A DNA stretch of 64,000 bases, from assembly GCA_051313645.2 (NCBI GenBank), contig JBNRSN020000039.1:6510001-6574000 (forward strand). Reading direction: 5' to 3'. Below the pieces are notes generated by a model, which searched no databases, had not been told where the DNA came from, and worked only from the letters and a program-made list of their open reading frames with translations. This stretch comes from Centroscyllium fabricii (Eukaryota). The position numbers and the translations under genes are program-made. Of this stretch, positions 1 through 10,519 are shown piece after piece. Numbering within the stretch: the stretch's first letter is position 1; each line of letters opens with the position of its first letter.

Positions 1-1270
1 ACCGGGACATTTCGTGGTTCTCTAACAGGACACTGCACAATTGCATCTCGGGACATTGCCCGTTATATACCGGGACGGTGCGGAATTACATACCCGCGGA
101 ATGCGGGGTAATATACTGAGTGAGTGCGTAGTTATACACTGGTATATTGCGGGGTTATATGCCTGGATAGTGCGGGTTGACATACCGTGATATTGCAGAA
201 TTTATATACCGGGACAGTACGGAGTGATAAAGGAGAAGAGTGCAGAACTATATATCGGGATGGTGCGGGTTATATACTTGGACATTGCGGAGTTATATAG
301 ACGAAAAGTGCCGTATTCTATACCAGAAAAGTGCTGCAATATATAACATGATATTTCATCATTATCTATCTGGACGGTGCGGGTTATAGACCGTAAGCTT
401 GAGGGTTATATAACGGGACGGGACGGAATTATATGCAGTGAGAGTACAGGGTGATATTCCGTGACAGGGGCGTGTTGTATAAAAGGATAGGCCGGTGTTT
501 TTGGACCGAACATGTTGGAGTTATGTACCGGGACAGTGACGAGTTCTATACCGGGAGAGGGCGGGCTTATAGATCGAACATTTGCATGGTTATATAACAG
601 GACGGTTCAGTGTTATATACAGGGACAGTGCGGAAACATGAAAGAGGGATATTGAGGAGTTATATGCCGAGACATTGCGGGGTTATACACCAGAAGAGCG
701 TTTTTATATATACAGCGAGAGTGAAGGGTTATCTCTGGGACAGTGCCGGGTTAAATAACCAATGAGGGCGGTTCACTATAAAGCGAGAGTTTGTGATTAT
801 ATATCAGGAGAGTGTGGCATCACATATCGGGATGGTGCGGTTTATGTACCGGGAAAATACGGAATTATATACCGGGAAATTGCGGTGTTACATTCCGCGA
901 GAGTGTAAGTTATATTCAGGGACAGGGCAGTGTTATAGGCCGGGACATTTTGGAGCTGAATATCAAGACACAGCGTAATTATATACTGCGTCGGTGAGGG
1001 GTAATATACTGCACACTGCGGGGTTCTATACCTGAAGAATTCAGGGTTATATACCGAGAGAGTGAGGGACATATAGCAGGATAAACAGAAATATGTAAAC
1101 GGAGCATTACTGAGTAAATTACAGGGAAACTGCGGGCTTAAATACCGGGAGAATGCGGGGTTCCACATCGGGAGAGTGCCGGAGATATAGCGAAACAGTG
1201 CAGAGTTCTTTACCGGAACTGTACGGTGTTATGTACTGGCGAGCGCAGGGTTAGATACCGGGACGTTGAA
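1..1270. repeat. Degenerate ~23-bp tandem repeat (minisatellite/satellite), truncated by window start
   Basis: Consecutive units such as TATACCGGGACGGTGCGGAATTA, CATACCCGCGGAATGCGGGGTAA, TATACTGAGTGAGTGCGTAGTTA and TACACTGGTATATTGCGGGGTTA; consensus about TATACCGGGACAGTGCGGRGTTA. Confidence 0.85.
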
Positions 1271-1275
1271 ATATT

Positions 1276-1500
1276 GGGACAGAATTTCGTGCTGACCACA
1301 GTAGCTGCACAGGAACGGAGGGTGTCCAAAATGCCCCGTGCGATGAATGCACGGGGGATGCCCACGGAATGGAGATTTCAGATGCTGAGGGCGAAGGGCC
1401 CTCAGCATCAAACGCAGGAGTGAGTTGCACCCAGAATTTGGGATCCAAAAGGGTGATGATTGGTGCGTGATTCTGTGGGCAACGGGCCCACAAGCTGCAT
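1276..1500 (+). mobile_element. Diverged partial relative of the Harbinger-like MITE at 12004
   Basis: Starts ATT|GGGACAGAATTTC and aligns by eye with the left end of 12004-12921 (AGCTGCAC, TGCC.CGTG, CGGG.GAT, TGCTGA.GG..AAGG..C.TCAGC). Confidence 0.5.
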
Positions 1501-1559
1501 GGAAGAAAACCAGTTTTAACCAGTATTAACAGTTCTGAGCACCAACGTTTTGGAAAGTT

Positions 1560-1990
1560 GTGACTGCAATAGAGAGGGCACATAGGAGATTTGCGAAGGT
1601 GATGCCAAGGTTGGAGTAATTTAGCTATGAGGAAATGTTGGATAGGTTGTTTTCTTTCTTTGCGATAGAGGTGGCTCAGTGGAGATTTAATTGAGGTGTA
1701 TAAAATTGTGAGGTGACTGGGTAGAGTGCACAAGAAGGACGGGTTTGTCTTCGCAGTGATGTCAGTAACCAAGGGGCAGAGATTTAAATAATTGGCCGGA
1801 ACATTAGATTGTTGTTGAGGAGCATATCTTTCATCCAGCGTTTGGTGGGTTTCTGAAACAAGCTGCCTGAAAGGCCGTTTGAGGCAGAAACCCTCAACAC
1901 AGTCAAAAGTAATTGGATATGTACTTTTAGCCTACAGGGCGACGGACCAGCTACTGGAACGTGGGAACAGGCAGGATATCTATCTTACAG
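1560..1990 (+). mobile_element. CR1 LINE 3' fragment (degenerate)
   Basis: TTTAGCTATGAGGAAATGTTGGATAGGTTG and GGAGATTTAATTGAGGTGTATAAAATT match the CR1 ORF2 C-terminus (SYEERL...RGDLIEVYK). Confidence 0.65.
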
Positions 1991-2230
1991 GCGGCACAGA
2001 AACGACGCGTTGAATGGCACCTGGCTGTGCCGTAAATGTATTTGGTTCTCTGAGACACAGAAGCCGCGCATTTTGCCGATATGATCTTGCTCCATGATTC
2101 AGCTCTGGACGATCCTCCGCTCACTGTACTCCTTCTGACCCAATCAAAACCGACTTCGTTATAGGCAGATGAGTCTCCAGTATCCATCCGATAGAACAGA
2201 CAGGGTTTCGGTTATCTTGTCCTCTGAAGG

Positions 2231-2725
2231 ATGGCAGCTCCGACAGTGCAGCGCGCCCTCAGTACAGTCCCTCCGACATTGCAGGGCGCCCTCAGTACAG
2301 TCCATCTGACATTGCAGCGCTTCCTTAATACTTTTCGTCTAGCAGTGCAACGCAACCTCAGTACTGCCAGACCAACAGTGCAGCCTTCTCACTGTACTGC
2401 CCCTCCGACACTGCAGCACTCCATCTCTACTGACAATTAGACAATTTGCCATTCATTCAGTACTGTCCCTCCGACGGTGTGGCGCTCCCTCAGTTCTGCC
2501 TCAGCGACTGTGCACCGCTCCCTCAGTATTGCCTCTCCAACATTATGGCACTCACTCAGTACTGCCCCGGCAACAATGCAGCGCTCCCTCAATGCAAGAC
2601 TTCCGACAGTGCAGCGCTCCCTCAGTACTCTCACTCCAAATGTATGGCGCTCCATCAGTATAGCCCCTCGGTGAATGAGGCAATCCCTTATTACTGCCCT
2701 TCCAACAGTGAAGGGCTCCCTCAGT
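2231..2725. repeat. 33-bp tandem repeat array
   Basis: Unit about CAGTACTGCCCCTCCGACAGTGCAGCGCTCCCT; gives 11-aa periodicity in ORF 2446..2727 (QYCPSDGVALP/QFCLSDCAPLP/QYCLSNIMALT). Confidence 0.9.
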
Positions 2726-2830
2726 AACACACTGGACTTTTAACCTGAAATATAGGATCAAGTTCAGGGAGTGGAACTCGAACGCAGGACATTCTGACCA
2801 AGAGGCGAGAGGAAGACTGAGTGAGCTAAA
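2720..2830 (-). mobile_element. tRNA-derived SINE head (SacSINE1/DeuSINE-like)
   Basis: GGAGTGGAACTCGAACGCAGGACATTCTGACCAAGAGGCGAGAG..TGAGCTA is the reverse complement of an A-box/B-box tRNA-like head, homologous to the plus-strand copies at 9855 and 11745. Confidence 0.55.
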
Positions 2831-3485
2831 CAATGGAAGCTCAGTTATCCGACTCCGCAACCTCTTCAAGCACCTACAGCCTCTCCAATGCAATCCTTTT
2901 TCATGTACAGTGACTATGTGCTGGTAGACCCTGCAATTTCGCCACGCGATGACTCCATTGGGAAGGTAACGAGGTCATGATTTGCACTGGGAGATGTACC
3001 CACCCCTGCTCCACCAAAACCTCCTTACCTGATGATATACCCAGTCGCGAGGAGAAAAGAGGATATCGATCTGCTCCAATCACATGTTGACTGGCGTGAG
3101 ACCTTGCTGAGAGTGCGCACAGCAGAAGGGGATGCAAACGAGCACATGGTCAATGATGGTTTCCACAGCCCTGGGCTCCCGTCAACGAACAGCTTTTGAG
3201 GAAGGAGGCATGGTGACATACACAATTCCTCCAGTGATCTGCCAACAACTTCGAGCCTGCAGTGACATATCTGCGTGCCGCACTAGCACACACGAAGCCC
3301 GCTACTGTGAGGCTGCTCTAGGCGACGAGTGCCAGCGGGAGTCAACGCAACTGAAGAGGCGGTTCAATGGCTGGAAACACGGACCACATAAAGCGGTATT
3401 AGGTGTGTCTGTGTGTGCGTGAGAGAGAAGGAGAGAGTGCGAGAGAGTCAGATTCGAAAGAAACCAGTGTCACAGCAGCCTATGT

Positions 3486-4068
3486 TGTCATACGTTGGTT
3501 CTTCTCCTTTAACTCTTAGGTTGGCTCTTCCCCTTTAACTGGTTATCACCTCGTTAGCTCTACTGCCTGCACCTGATTGAACAGCCCAGATTCACCAGTG
3601 GTAATCAAGAGCTGTATATAAGCTCCTACTTTCCACCTAGAGGTTGCCAGATCTATATTCTTTCTGACTGTGATACCTCTGTTTAGTTCCTAGCTCTCTG
3701 ATCCTGTCTGTTCGAGATACTGACCTGCTTCCTGGAAATTTGGATTCTCTTCTGCTTGAACTCTGTTTTGGATTTGTCGCTCCCGTGGACGGACTACCCG
3801 GTATTGTACTGTTTCTGAATTTGGATTCTCTTCTGCCTGAACACTGTTTTGGACTTGTCGCTCCCGTGGACGGACTGCCCGGTTTTGTACTGTTTCTGAA
3901 TTTGGATTCTCTTCTGCCTGAACTCTGTTTTGGACTTGTTGCCTCCGTGAACTTTCTGCCGTTATTGACCTACTGTTTCATATGTCTTTTACTGCTCAGA
4001 ATTAAAGGAGTTTACTTCTACGTAAGTTTTTGGTGTATTGCATTTGGGCCCAACCTACAACCGTTACA
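3486..4068 (+). mobile_element. Solo LTR of a Sushi-like Gypsy (chromovirus) family
   Basis: TGTCA...TTACA termini; perfect 5-bp TSD TATGT (3481-3485 and 4069-4073); homologous to the 3' LTR at 24593-25097; internal 81-bp repeat. Confidence 0.9.
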
Positions 4069-4326
4069 TATGTGCCAATATTGAAAAACCGCTATTTAAT
4101 TACGCACGATAGTGCGCCTTGTCCGAGTTTTTACGATGCTCGTCGACGTGGACATTCCGTATTAACTTGCTCAACCCAAGGGAAGCAATTAGGATGTTAA
4201 CCGGGCGAGGTTTGGGGGGGGGGGGGGGTGGTAGCGTGAATTTACTTCACCAAGCGTTGGAAGCCCCACAAATGTACTGATCAGTCTGGGAGAGAATGAA
4301 GAAGCTGCGATAATTCTTCTCAGAGC

Positions 4327-4736
4327 AGAAACATAGAAACATAGAAGATAGGAGTAGGAGTAGGCCATTCGGCCATTCGAGCCTGCTCCGCCATTCAATG
4401 AGATCATGGCTGATCATCCAATCCCAGCACCCTGTCCCTGTCCCAGTCCCTGCCCTCTCCCCATATCCCTATCGAGCCTGCACTGACACATATCCCACCC
4501 TATCCCAGTAACCCCACATATTCAATCCCCCTAACACTAAGGGTCAATTTATCCTGGCCAATCAACCTAACCCGCACATCTTTGGACTGTGGGAGGAAAC
4601 CGGAGCACCGGGAGGAAACCCACACAGACACGGCGAGAATGTGCAAACTCCACACAGATAGTACCCGAGGCTGGATTTGACCCGGGTCTGCAGAGCTGTG
4701 AGGCAACAGTGCTAACCACTATGCCACCGTGCCGCC
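4327..4736 (-). mobile_element. HE1-type V-SINE, near full length
   Basis: Reverse complement reads GGCGGCACGGTGGCATAGTGGTTAGCAC (tRNA head), V-domain CCGGTTTCCTCCCACAGTCCAAAGATGTGC, then a CR1-derived tail GAATGGCCTACTCCT..(TTCTATGT)n. Confidence 0.9.
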
Positions 4737-5090
4737 AGAGAGTGTTAAGTAGAGATTTATTAGAGGTATCTTGAATCCTGAAGTTTCTGAGAATTAAATG
4801 TGGTGATACTCTTTCCAGAATAATCGGCAACCAGAGGTAACAGCTTTAAGATAATTCACAAAAGAACCAGTGAGAATATAAGGACGTTTTGTTTTACAGA
4901 GCGAGTTGTTGAGATTTGGAATTCGCTTCTTGAAAGAGGTTTGGAAGCAGATTTAACAGCAGCTTTCGAAAGGTTATTTTGTAAGTAATGGAAGGGAAAC
5001 ACGACCGGGCTATGAGATTTACAAGGAGGTTAGCAAAACTGGAGAATGTTATCTATGAGGAAAGATTGGATAGCCCGGGCTTTGTATTAA
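4737..5090 (+). mobile_element. CR1 LINE 3' fragment, host of the HE1 SINE
   Basis: AGAGATTTATTAGAGGTAT, TTTTACAGAGCGAGTTGTTGAGATTTGGAATTCGCT; continues from TTCTCAGAGCAGA left of the SINE. Confidence 0.55.
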
Positions 5091-5799
5091 GGACGGTCAG
5101 ATACTGGCCATTTAGGTCCAGCGTCGGAGGCACAATTATAGGCCTAATGATTAAAAGATGAGCATTTGATCAGGTAGGTTGATGTACAGCTCAATAATTT
5201 TCCACCCAACTTCCACATTAGTTTGCCTGATGGAAAGGCGCCTGTCACAGCGAGGACTAAGTGACTCACTGATTGTTCTTGCTCGGGCTGCTGGAGAGAA
5301 GCGCGTTCAAGATACAAAGCTCAGTGTGTCTGCCCTCGCACTTTAAAGAGTGTATCGTCGGCACAGGTTATTTCTCCTGAACAGCAGAAGGTGCGGATAG
5401 CCTGGGTCCCCTTTCATTAAAACTACAGGTTACGGGCCGATTGATCTGAAACTTTTATAGTGTTAAATGATAGAAGCAGACTGGTTCATTATTTGACGGG
5501 ACCGTGCGGATAGCCTGGGTCTCCTTTCATTACACCGATAGTTGAGGGGCATTGAACGTCACTTCCTGGTTAATGCTTGAAGCCGATACCACGTCAACGA
5601 TCCAGATTAAACCGCTGGAATGGATGACGCGCAGGTGGTTGATTAGATACCGGAACTTTCTGAGTAAATATGAGCAGAACCTCTTGACCCTGTGGTCATG
5701 AACGCCAGCGGCGATTGATTCTGCCAAATGCCTTGGTTTTGTGTTTTAGCTTCGACCGATTGATATGGTAGAAAAAAAACGAAAGATTGTAGGGCATGA

Positions 5800-5910
5800 G
5801 GAAAGACTTGCATTTCTATACCGGCTTTGACAAACTCAGGACGTCCGAAAGCGCTTTACAGCCAACGAGGAACTTTTTGATGTGTCGTCACTGTTGTAAT
5901 GTGGGGATTG
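5800..5910 (-). mobile_element. DeuSINE/L2-type 3' tail
   Basis: Reverse complement of CATTACAACAGTGAC..TTGGCTGTAAAGCGCTTTCGGACGTCCTGAG..TATAGAAATGCAAGTC; same tail as 12980-13072. Confidence 0.6.
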
Positions 5911-6119
5911 CCAAGTAGATATCTAAAGAAATTTAACTGCAGCTGTGATTATAATTGGAAATTACCCAAGAAGAAATGTGTTGCATGTTTGTGTTAAATA
6001 ACATAATGTTTTTGGCAACATGTTGTGGGAAACAAGATTGACTGCAATTCAAAAGCAAGTGGCTGTGAAGAGATCTGGCAACTTCGGAAGATGTGAAGTG
6101 CGCTGCACGAATGGACGTT

Positions 6120-6280
6120 TGTCTTTCTTTCCTTTCTTCTCTCTTCCATTCTTCATTTCTTTCATTCGTTCTTTTTTCTTTCATTCTCTCTTCCTTACAT
6201 TCTTTCTTCCATACTTTATTTTATTCTTTATATCGCTTTCTTTCTTTATTTCGCTCTTATCTGTGTTTTTCCTCTTTATA
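6120..6280. repeat. Degenerate (TTTC)n pyrimidine microsatellite
   Basis: TCTTTCTTTCCTTTCTTCTCTCTTCCATTCTTCATTTCTTTCATT... Confidence 0.8.
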
Positions 6281-6289
6281 TAAACACAC

Positions 6290-8540
6290 ACATAGAAACA
6301 TAGAAATATAGATCGATACATAGCTTCATAGAAAATAGGTGCAGGAGTAGACCATTCGGCCCTTCGAGCCTGCAACGCCATTCAACACGATTATGGCTGA
6401 ACATGCTACTTCAGTACCCCATTACTGCTTTCTCGCCATATCCCTTGCTCACTCTAGTTGTAAGTATTACATCTAACTGACTTTTGAATATATTTAGCGA
6501 ACTGGTTTCAACAACTTTCTGTGGTAGAGAATTCCACAGGTGCACACCTCTCATCTCGGTACTAAATGGCTTACCCCTTATCCTTACTCTGTGCCCCCTG
6601 GTTCTGGACTTCCCCAGCATTAGGCCAGTTCACTAAACGTATTCAAAAGGGAGTTAGATGTATTAATTACAACTAGGGGGATCACGGGATATGGCGAGAA
6701 AACAGAAATGGGGTAATGATGCAGCATGCTCAGCCATGAACGTGTTTAATGGCGGTGCAGACTCGAAGGGCAGAATGGTCTTCTCCTAAACCTATTTTCT
6801 ATGTATCTATCTGTACCTAACCTGTCCAACACCGTCAGAATTTTAAACCTTCTAATGAGATCCCCCATCATTCTTCTGAACTCCAGAGAGTTCAAGTTCC
6901 GTTGATCCAGGCTTTCTTGATATGTCAGTCCGGCCATCCCGTGAATCAATCTAGTAAACCTTCGCTGCACTCCCTCAATAGCAAGAATGTCCTTCCTAAA
7001 TGTAGGTGAACAAAACTGCTCAAAATACACCCAGTATGCCCTCACCAAGGCCCTAGACAACTGTAGCAACACCTCCCTGCTCCTGTACTCAATTCCTCTC
7101 TCTATGAAGGCCAACATGCCATTTGCTTTCTTGACTGCCTGCTGCACCTGCATTTCCACCTTCAGTGACTAAAGTAGCATGACGCCCAAGTCTCGTTGCA
7201 CTTCCCCTTTCCCTAATCTGTCACCATTTAATTAATAATCTGTCCCTCTATTTTACCACCAAACTGGATAACCTCACATTTATCCACATTGTACGTCATC
7301 TGCCATACATTTGCCCATTCACCAAACCTGCCCAAGTCACTCCGTAGCCCCTTTGCATCCTCCTCGCAGCTAACACTGCCTCCCAATTTAGTGTTATCCG
7401 CAAATTTGGAAATAGAACATTTAATCCCTTCGTCCAAATCATTAATATATAATGTAAACAGCTGGGGCTCCAGCAACGAACCTTGCAGTACCTAACTGGT
7501 CAATGCCTGCCATTCTGAAAAGTACCCATTTACCTCTACACTTTGTTTGTTGCGTGCGAAACAGTTCTCAATACAAGTCAACTCATTGCCCCAAATCCCA
7601 TCTTCTTTAAATTTGCACACCAATCTCTTGTGAGGGACCTTGTCAAAAGCCTTCTGAAAGTTCAAATACACCACAGCAACTGGTTCTCCCTTGGCAACTC
7701 TATTGGAAACATCCTCAAAAAATTCCAAACGATTTCTCAAGCATGATTTCCCTTTCACAAATCCATGCTGAATTGGACCTATCATGTCACCACTTTCCAA
7801 AATGGTCTGCTATGACATCCTTAATAATTGATTCCATCAATTTACCCACTACCGATGTCAGGCTGACCGGTCTGTAATTCCTTTTTTTCTCCCTCCCTCC
7901 TTTTTTAAAAAGTGGTGTTACATTAGCCACCCTCCACTCCAGCACAACTGATCCAGAGTCCATGGAATGTTGAAAAACGATCGTCAATGCATCCACTATT
8001 TCGAAGGCCACCTTCCTTAAGGACTCTGCGATGCAGATCATCAGGCAATGGGGATTCATCAGCCTTCAGTCCCAACAATTTCCACAACACATTTGCCCGA
8101 TTAAATAGGATCTCCCTCAGCTCCTACTTTTTACTAGACCCTCTGACCCATTTTATGTCCGGAAGGTTGTTTGTGCCCTCATTAGTAAATACCGAACCAA
8201 ATTACTTGTTCAATTGATCATGCCATTTCTTTTTTCCCCGTTATGACTTCCCCTGCTTCCGGCTGCAGGTGGCCTACGTTTGTTTTTACTAACCTCTTTC
8301 TCTTTACATATCCATAGAAGCTTGTGCAGTCCGTTTTAATGTTCTCTGCAAGCTTCCTTTCATATTCTATTTTCCCTGTCTAAATCAAACCATTCGTCCT
8401 CCTCTGCTGAGTTTTAAATTTATCCCAGTCCCCGGGTTCGCTGCTACAACCGGCCAATTTGTATGCCACTTCCTTGGCTTTAATAATATCCGTGGTTTCC
8501 CATGTAAGCCATGGTTGAGACATCTTCCCTTTTTTATTTT
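6290..8540 (-). mobile_element. CR1 (HER1-like) LINE, 5'-truncated, broken ORF2 reverse transcriptase
   Basis: Minus ORFs contain NYRPVSLTSVVGKLMES, QHGFVKGKSCL, YLNFQKAFDKVPH, LFTLYINDL, SKFADNTKLGG and LAIEGVQRRFTRLI; tail at ~6290. Confidence 0.92.
6621..6810 (+). mobile_element. Short CR1 3' end inserted antisense inside the CR1 above
   Basis: GGCCAGTTCACTAAACGTATTCAAAAGGGAGTTAGATG...CCTATTTTCTATGTATCTAT is the reverse-complement homologue of 6330-6510; host sequence resumes at ~6815. Confidence 0.75.
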
Positions 8541-8549
8541 TAGAAGCAA

Positions 8550-9330
8550 CGTGCAGGAGTTGCCCATTCGTCCCTTCGAGCCTGCTCCGCCATTTAACGA
8601 GATGATGGCTGATCATCGAAACCCAGCACCCCGCCCCCACACTGTCCCCACATCACTCGATCCCCATCGACCCCGCACCGACACATATCCCACCACACCC
8701 CAGTAACCCCACATTGGGGATGCACGGTGGTACAGTGGTTAGCACTCTTCTCCCGCAGCACTAGAGACCCGGGTTCAAATCCAGCCTCGGATACTATCTG
8801 TGTGGAGTTTGCACATTCTCCCCGTGTCTGAGTGGGTTTCCTCCAGGTGCTCCGGTTTCCTCCCACAGTCCAAAGATGTTTGGTTTCGGTTGACTGGCCA
8901 TGATAAATTGACCCTTAGTGTTACGGGGATTGAATGTGTGGGATGGCGGGGATAGCGTGGGATATGTTTTGATGCAGGCTCGAGAGGGATATGGGGAGAG
9001 GATAGGGGCGGGATGCTGGGTTTGGATCATCAGCCATAATCTCATTGAATGGCGGAGCAGGCTCGAAGGGCCGAATGGCCTACTCCTGCTCCAAGTTTCT
9101 ATGTTTCTATATTCAATACACCGAACACAAATGGTCAATATTATCATGGCCAAGCAACCTAACCCGCACATGTTTGGACAGGGGGAGGAACACGGAGCAC
9201 CCGGAGGAAACCCTCGCAGACACGGGGAGAATGTGCGAACTCCAAACAGATAGTACCCGTGGCTGGATTTGAAACCGTGTCTCCTGTGCTGTATGGCTAT
9301 AATGCTAACCACTATGCCACAGTACCGCCC
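8550..9330 (-). mobile_element. HE1-type SINE split by a nested SINE (pieces 8550-8715 and 9111-9330)
   Basis: The two pieces rejoin as CAGTAACCCCACAT|ATTCAAT, as in the uninterrupted copy at 4506-4527. Confidence 0.85.
8716..9110 (+). mobile_element. HE1-type V-SINE, full length
   Basis: GCACGGTGGTACAGTGGTTAGCAC..GACCCGGGTTCAAATCC head, V-domain, tail TTTCTATGTTTCTAT. Confidence 0.9.
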
Positions 9331-9854
9331 GGGGTGGAATGCCCTCAAAGCCTCCTTAAAAAATTGTAATATATATATGTTTATGTATATAAACCTTCCA
9401 GTCTCTCAGATGCTCCATTCCTTTAACTTGTTGCTGCAATCCATGTTTTCTCTTTTCTCTCTGCCTGATGAAGTAAAATGACTCCGTCCCTCTGAAGGAC
9501 GAGGACTGTGTGCCGGGTGGTGCCGCAAAAATTGTGCACTTAAAGTAATAGAATATCAGAACTGCGCACAACGTGCAGTCGATCCAACTGCGCCAATTTC
9601 ATTCACCGCCCCAGGTGAATTTCTGGGCCATGCTGTCTATATCCTCCTGAGGTCTCTTACACGCTTACATCTTACACTCCGGCTCACAGACACCAACGTG
9701 TTTTTCAAAAAGCCAGCAAAGGCAAGTTTGGACGATTGGCCTCCTTCTGTGCTCTAGGAAGCTCTGATCCTATGATCATCAAACGAGTTACTGCTCAGGC
9801 TCACCATGTCCACTCTCCTGTCTGGGGGGAGAAGGAGACCCTGCTCAGCTGTCA

Positions 9855-9990
9855 GGCGTGACTCAGTTGGGGTAAGTCTCATCTCTGAATCAGAAGGTCG
9901 AGGGATCAAGCCCCACTCCAAAGGCTGGAGACTCAAAATCTAGGCCGATACTCCATGTGACAGGACTGATTGAGCGCCAACTGTTGGTGA
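9855..9990 (+). mobile_element. SacSINE1/DeuSINE-like tRNA-derived SINE, 5' part
   Basis: GTGACTCAGTTGGGGTAAG..CTCTGAATCAGAAGGTCGAGGGATCAAGCCCCACTCCA..AAAATCTAGGCCGA. Confidence 0.6.
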
Positions 9991-10519
9991 TGTGCCATTT
10001 ATTTCAAGAGTAACTGTTGATAACTTGACAGAAACTAAATTCAAATTCGTTTTAGAATCAATACTGTTGTCATAAGATTCACTGTGACCCACGTTGTCTT
10101 CGAAGTACGCCCCGTGTGTCGCTGTGTTCTCTGTCCCTCCAACCTGATAACTATCTATAAAATAGTATTCTGTGTTATCAGTCATGAACCAACTTAATTA
10201 TTAAACCACCAGAATTAACGAGCCGCTTTAATTCCGTGGCAAAATACATATGCAAATTAATAGGAAATAATCAACTTTATTTTTCTTTACAAGAGAGATG
10301 TTCATTTTTTTAAAGAACGTTGTCTTATTTGAGCAACTCCAATTGGGATATACATTATACACGGATTACTGTAATCAAGACAAGTATTGCTTTCTGAGCA
10401 ATTATCCTGTATTATGCACTCAAGACCTTGCTCACTGCTGATGCGAATCTGAGATGCCTAGAGTTAGATAATGAACCTGTGCCTTCTTATTTGAATTAAG
10501 TTGTTACAGCACCAAACAC

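Noticed and set aside
2446-2727. Cys-containing repeat protein ORF
   Set aside because: Explained by the 33-bp minisatellite; no splice or promoter evidence
1-2730. CRISPR-like periodic repeats
   Set aside because: Contiguous degenerate units with no unique spacers, no cas genes, and a eukaryotic context
3132-3422. ORF with RESTQLKRRFNGWK, faintly like a Harbinger Myb/SANT domain
   Set aside because: Similarity too short and weak to call by eye
8716-8790. tRNA gene candidates at SINE heads
   Set aside because: They continue into SINE body and tail and do not form complete cloverleaves
10048-10086. RSS-like arrangement (CGTTTTAGA, 23 bp, CACTGTG) with an ATGCAAAT octamer at ~10249, suggesting an Ig/TCR segment
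   Set aside because: The nonamer matches only 6/9, and no V (WYxQ, YYC) or J (F/WGxG) motif is adjacent in frame; likely chance
10173-10508. Possible minus-strand solo LTR (TG...CA, AATAAA)
   Set aside because: No TSD and no second copy in the window; cannot be supported
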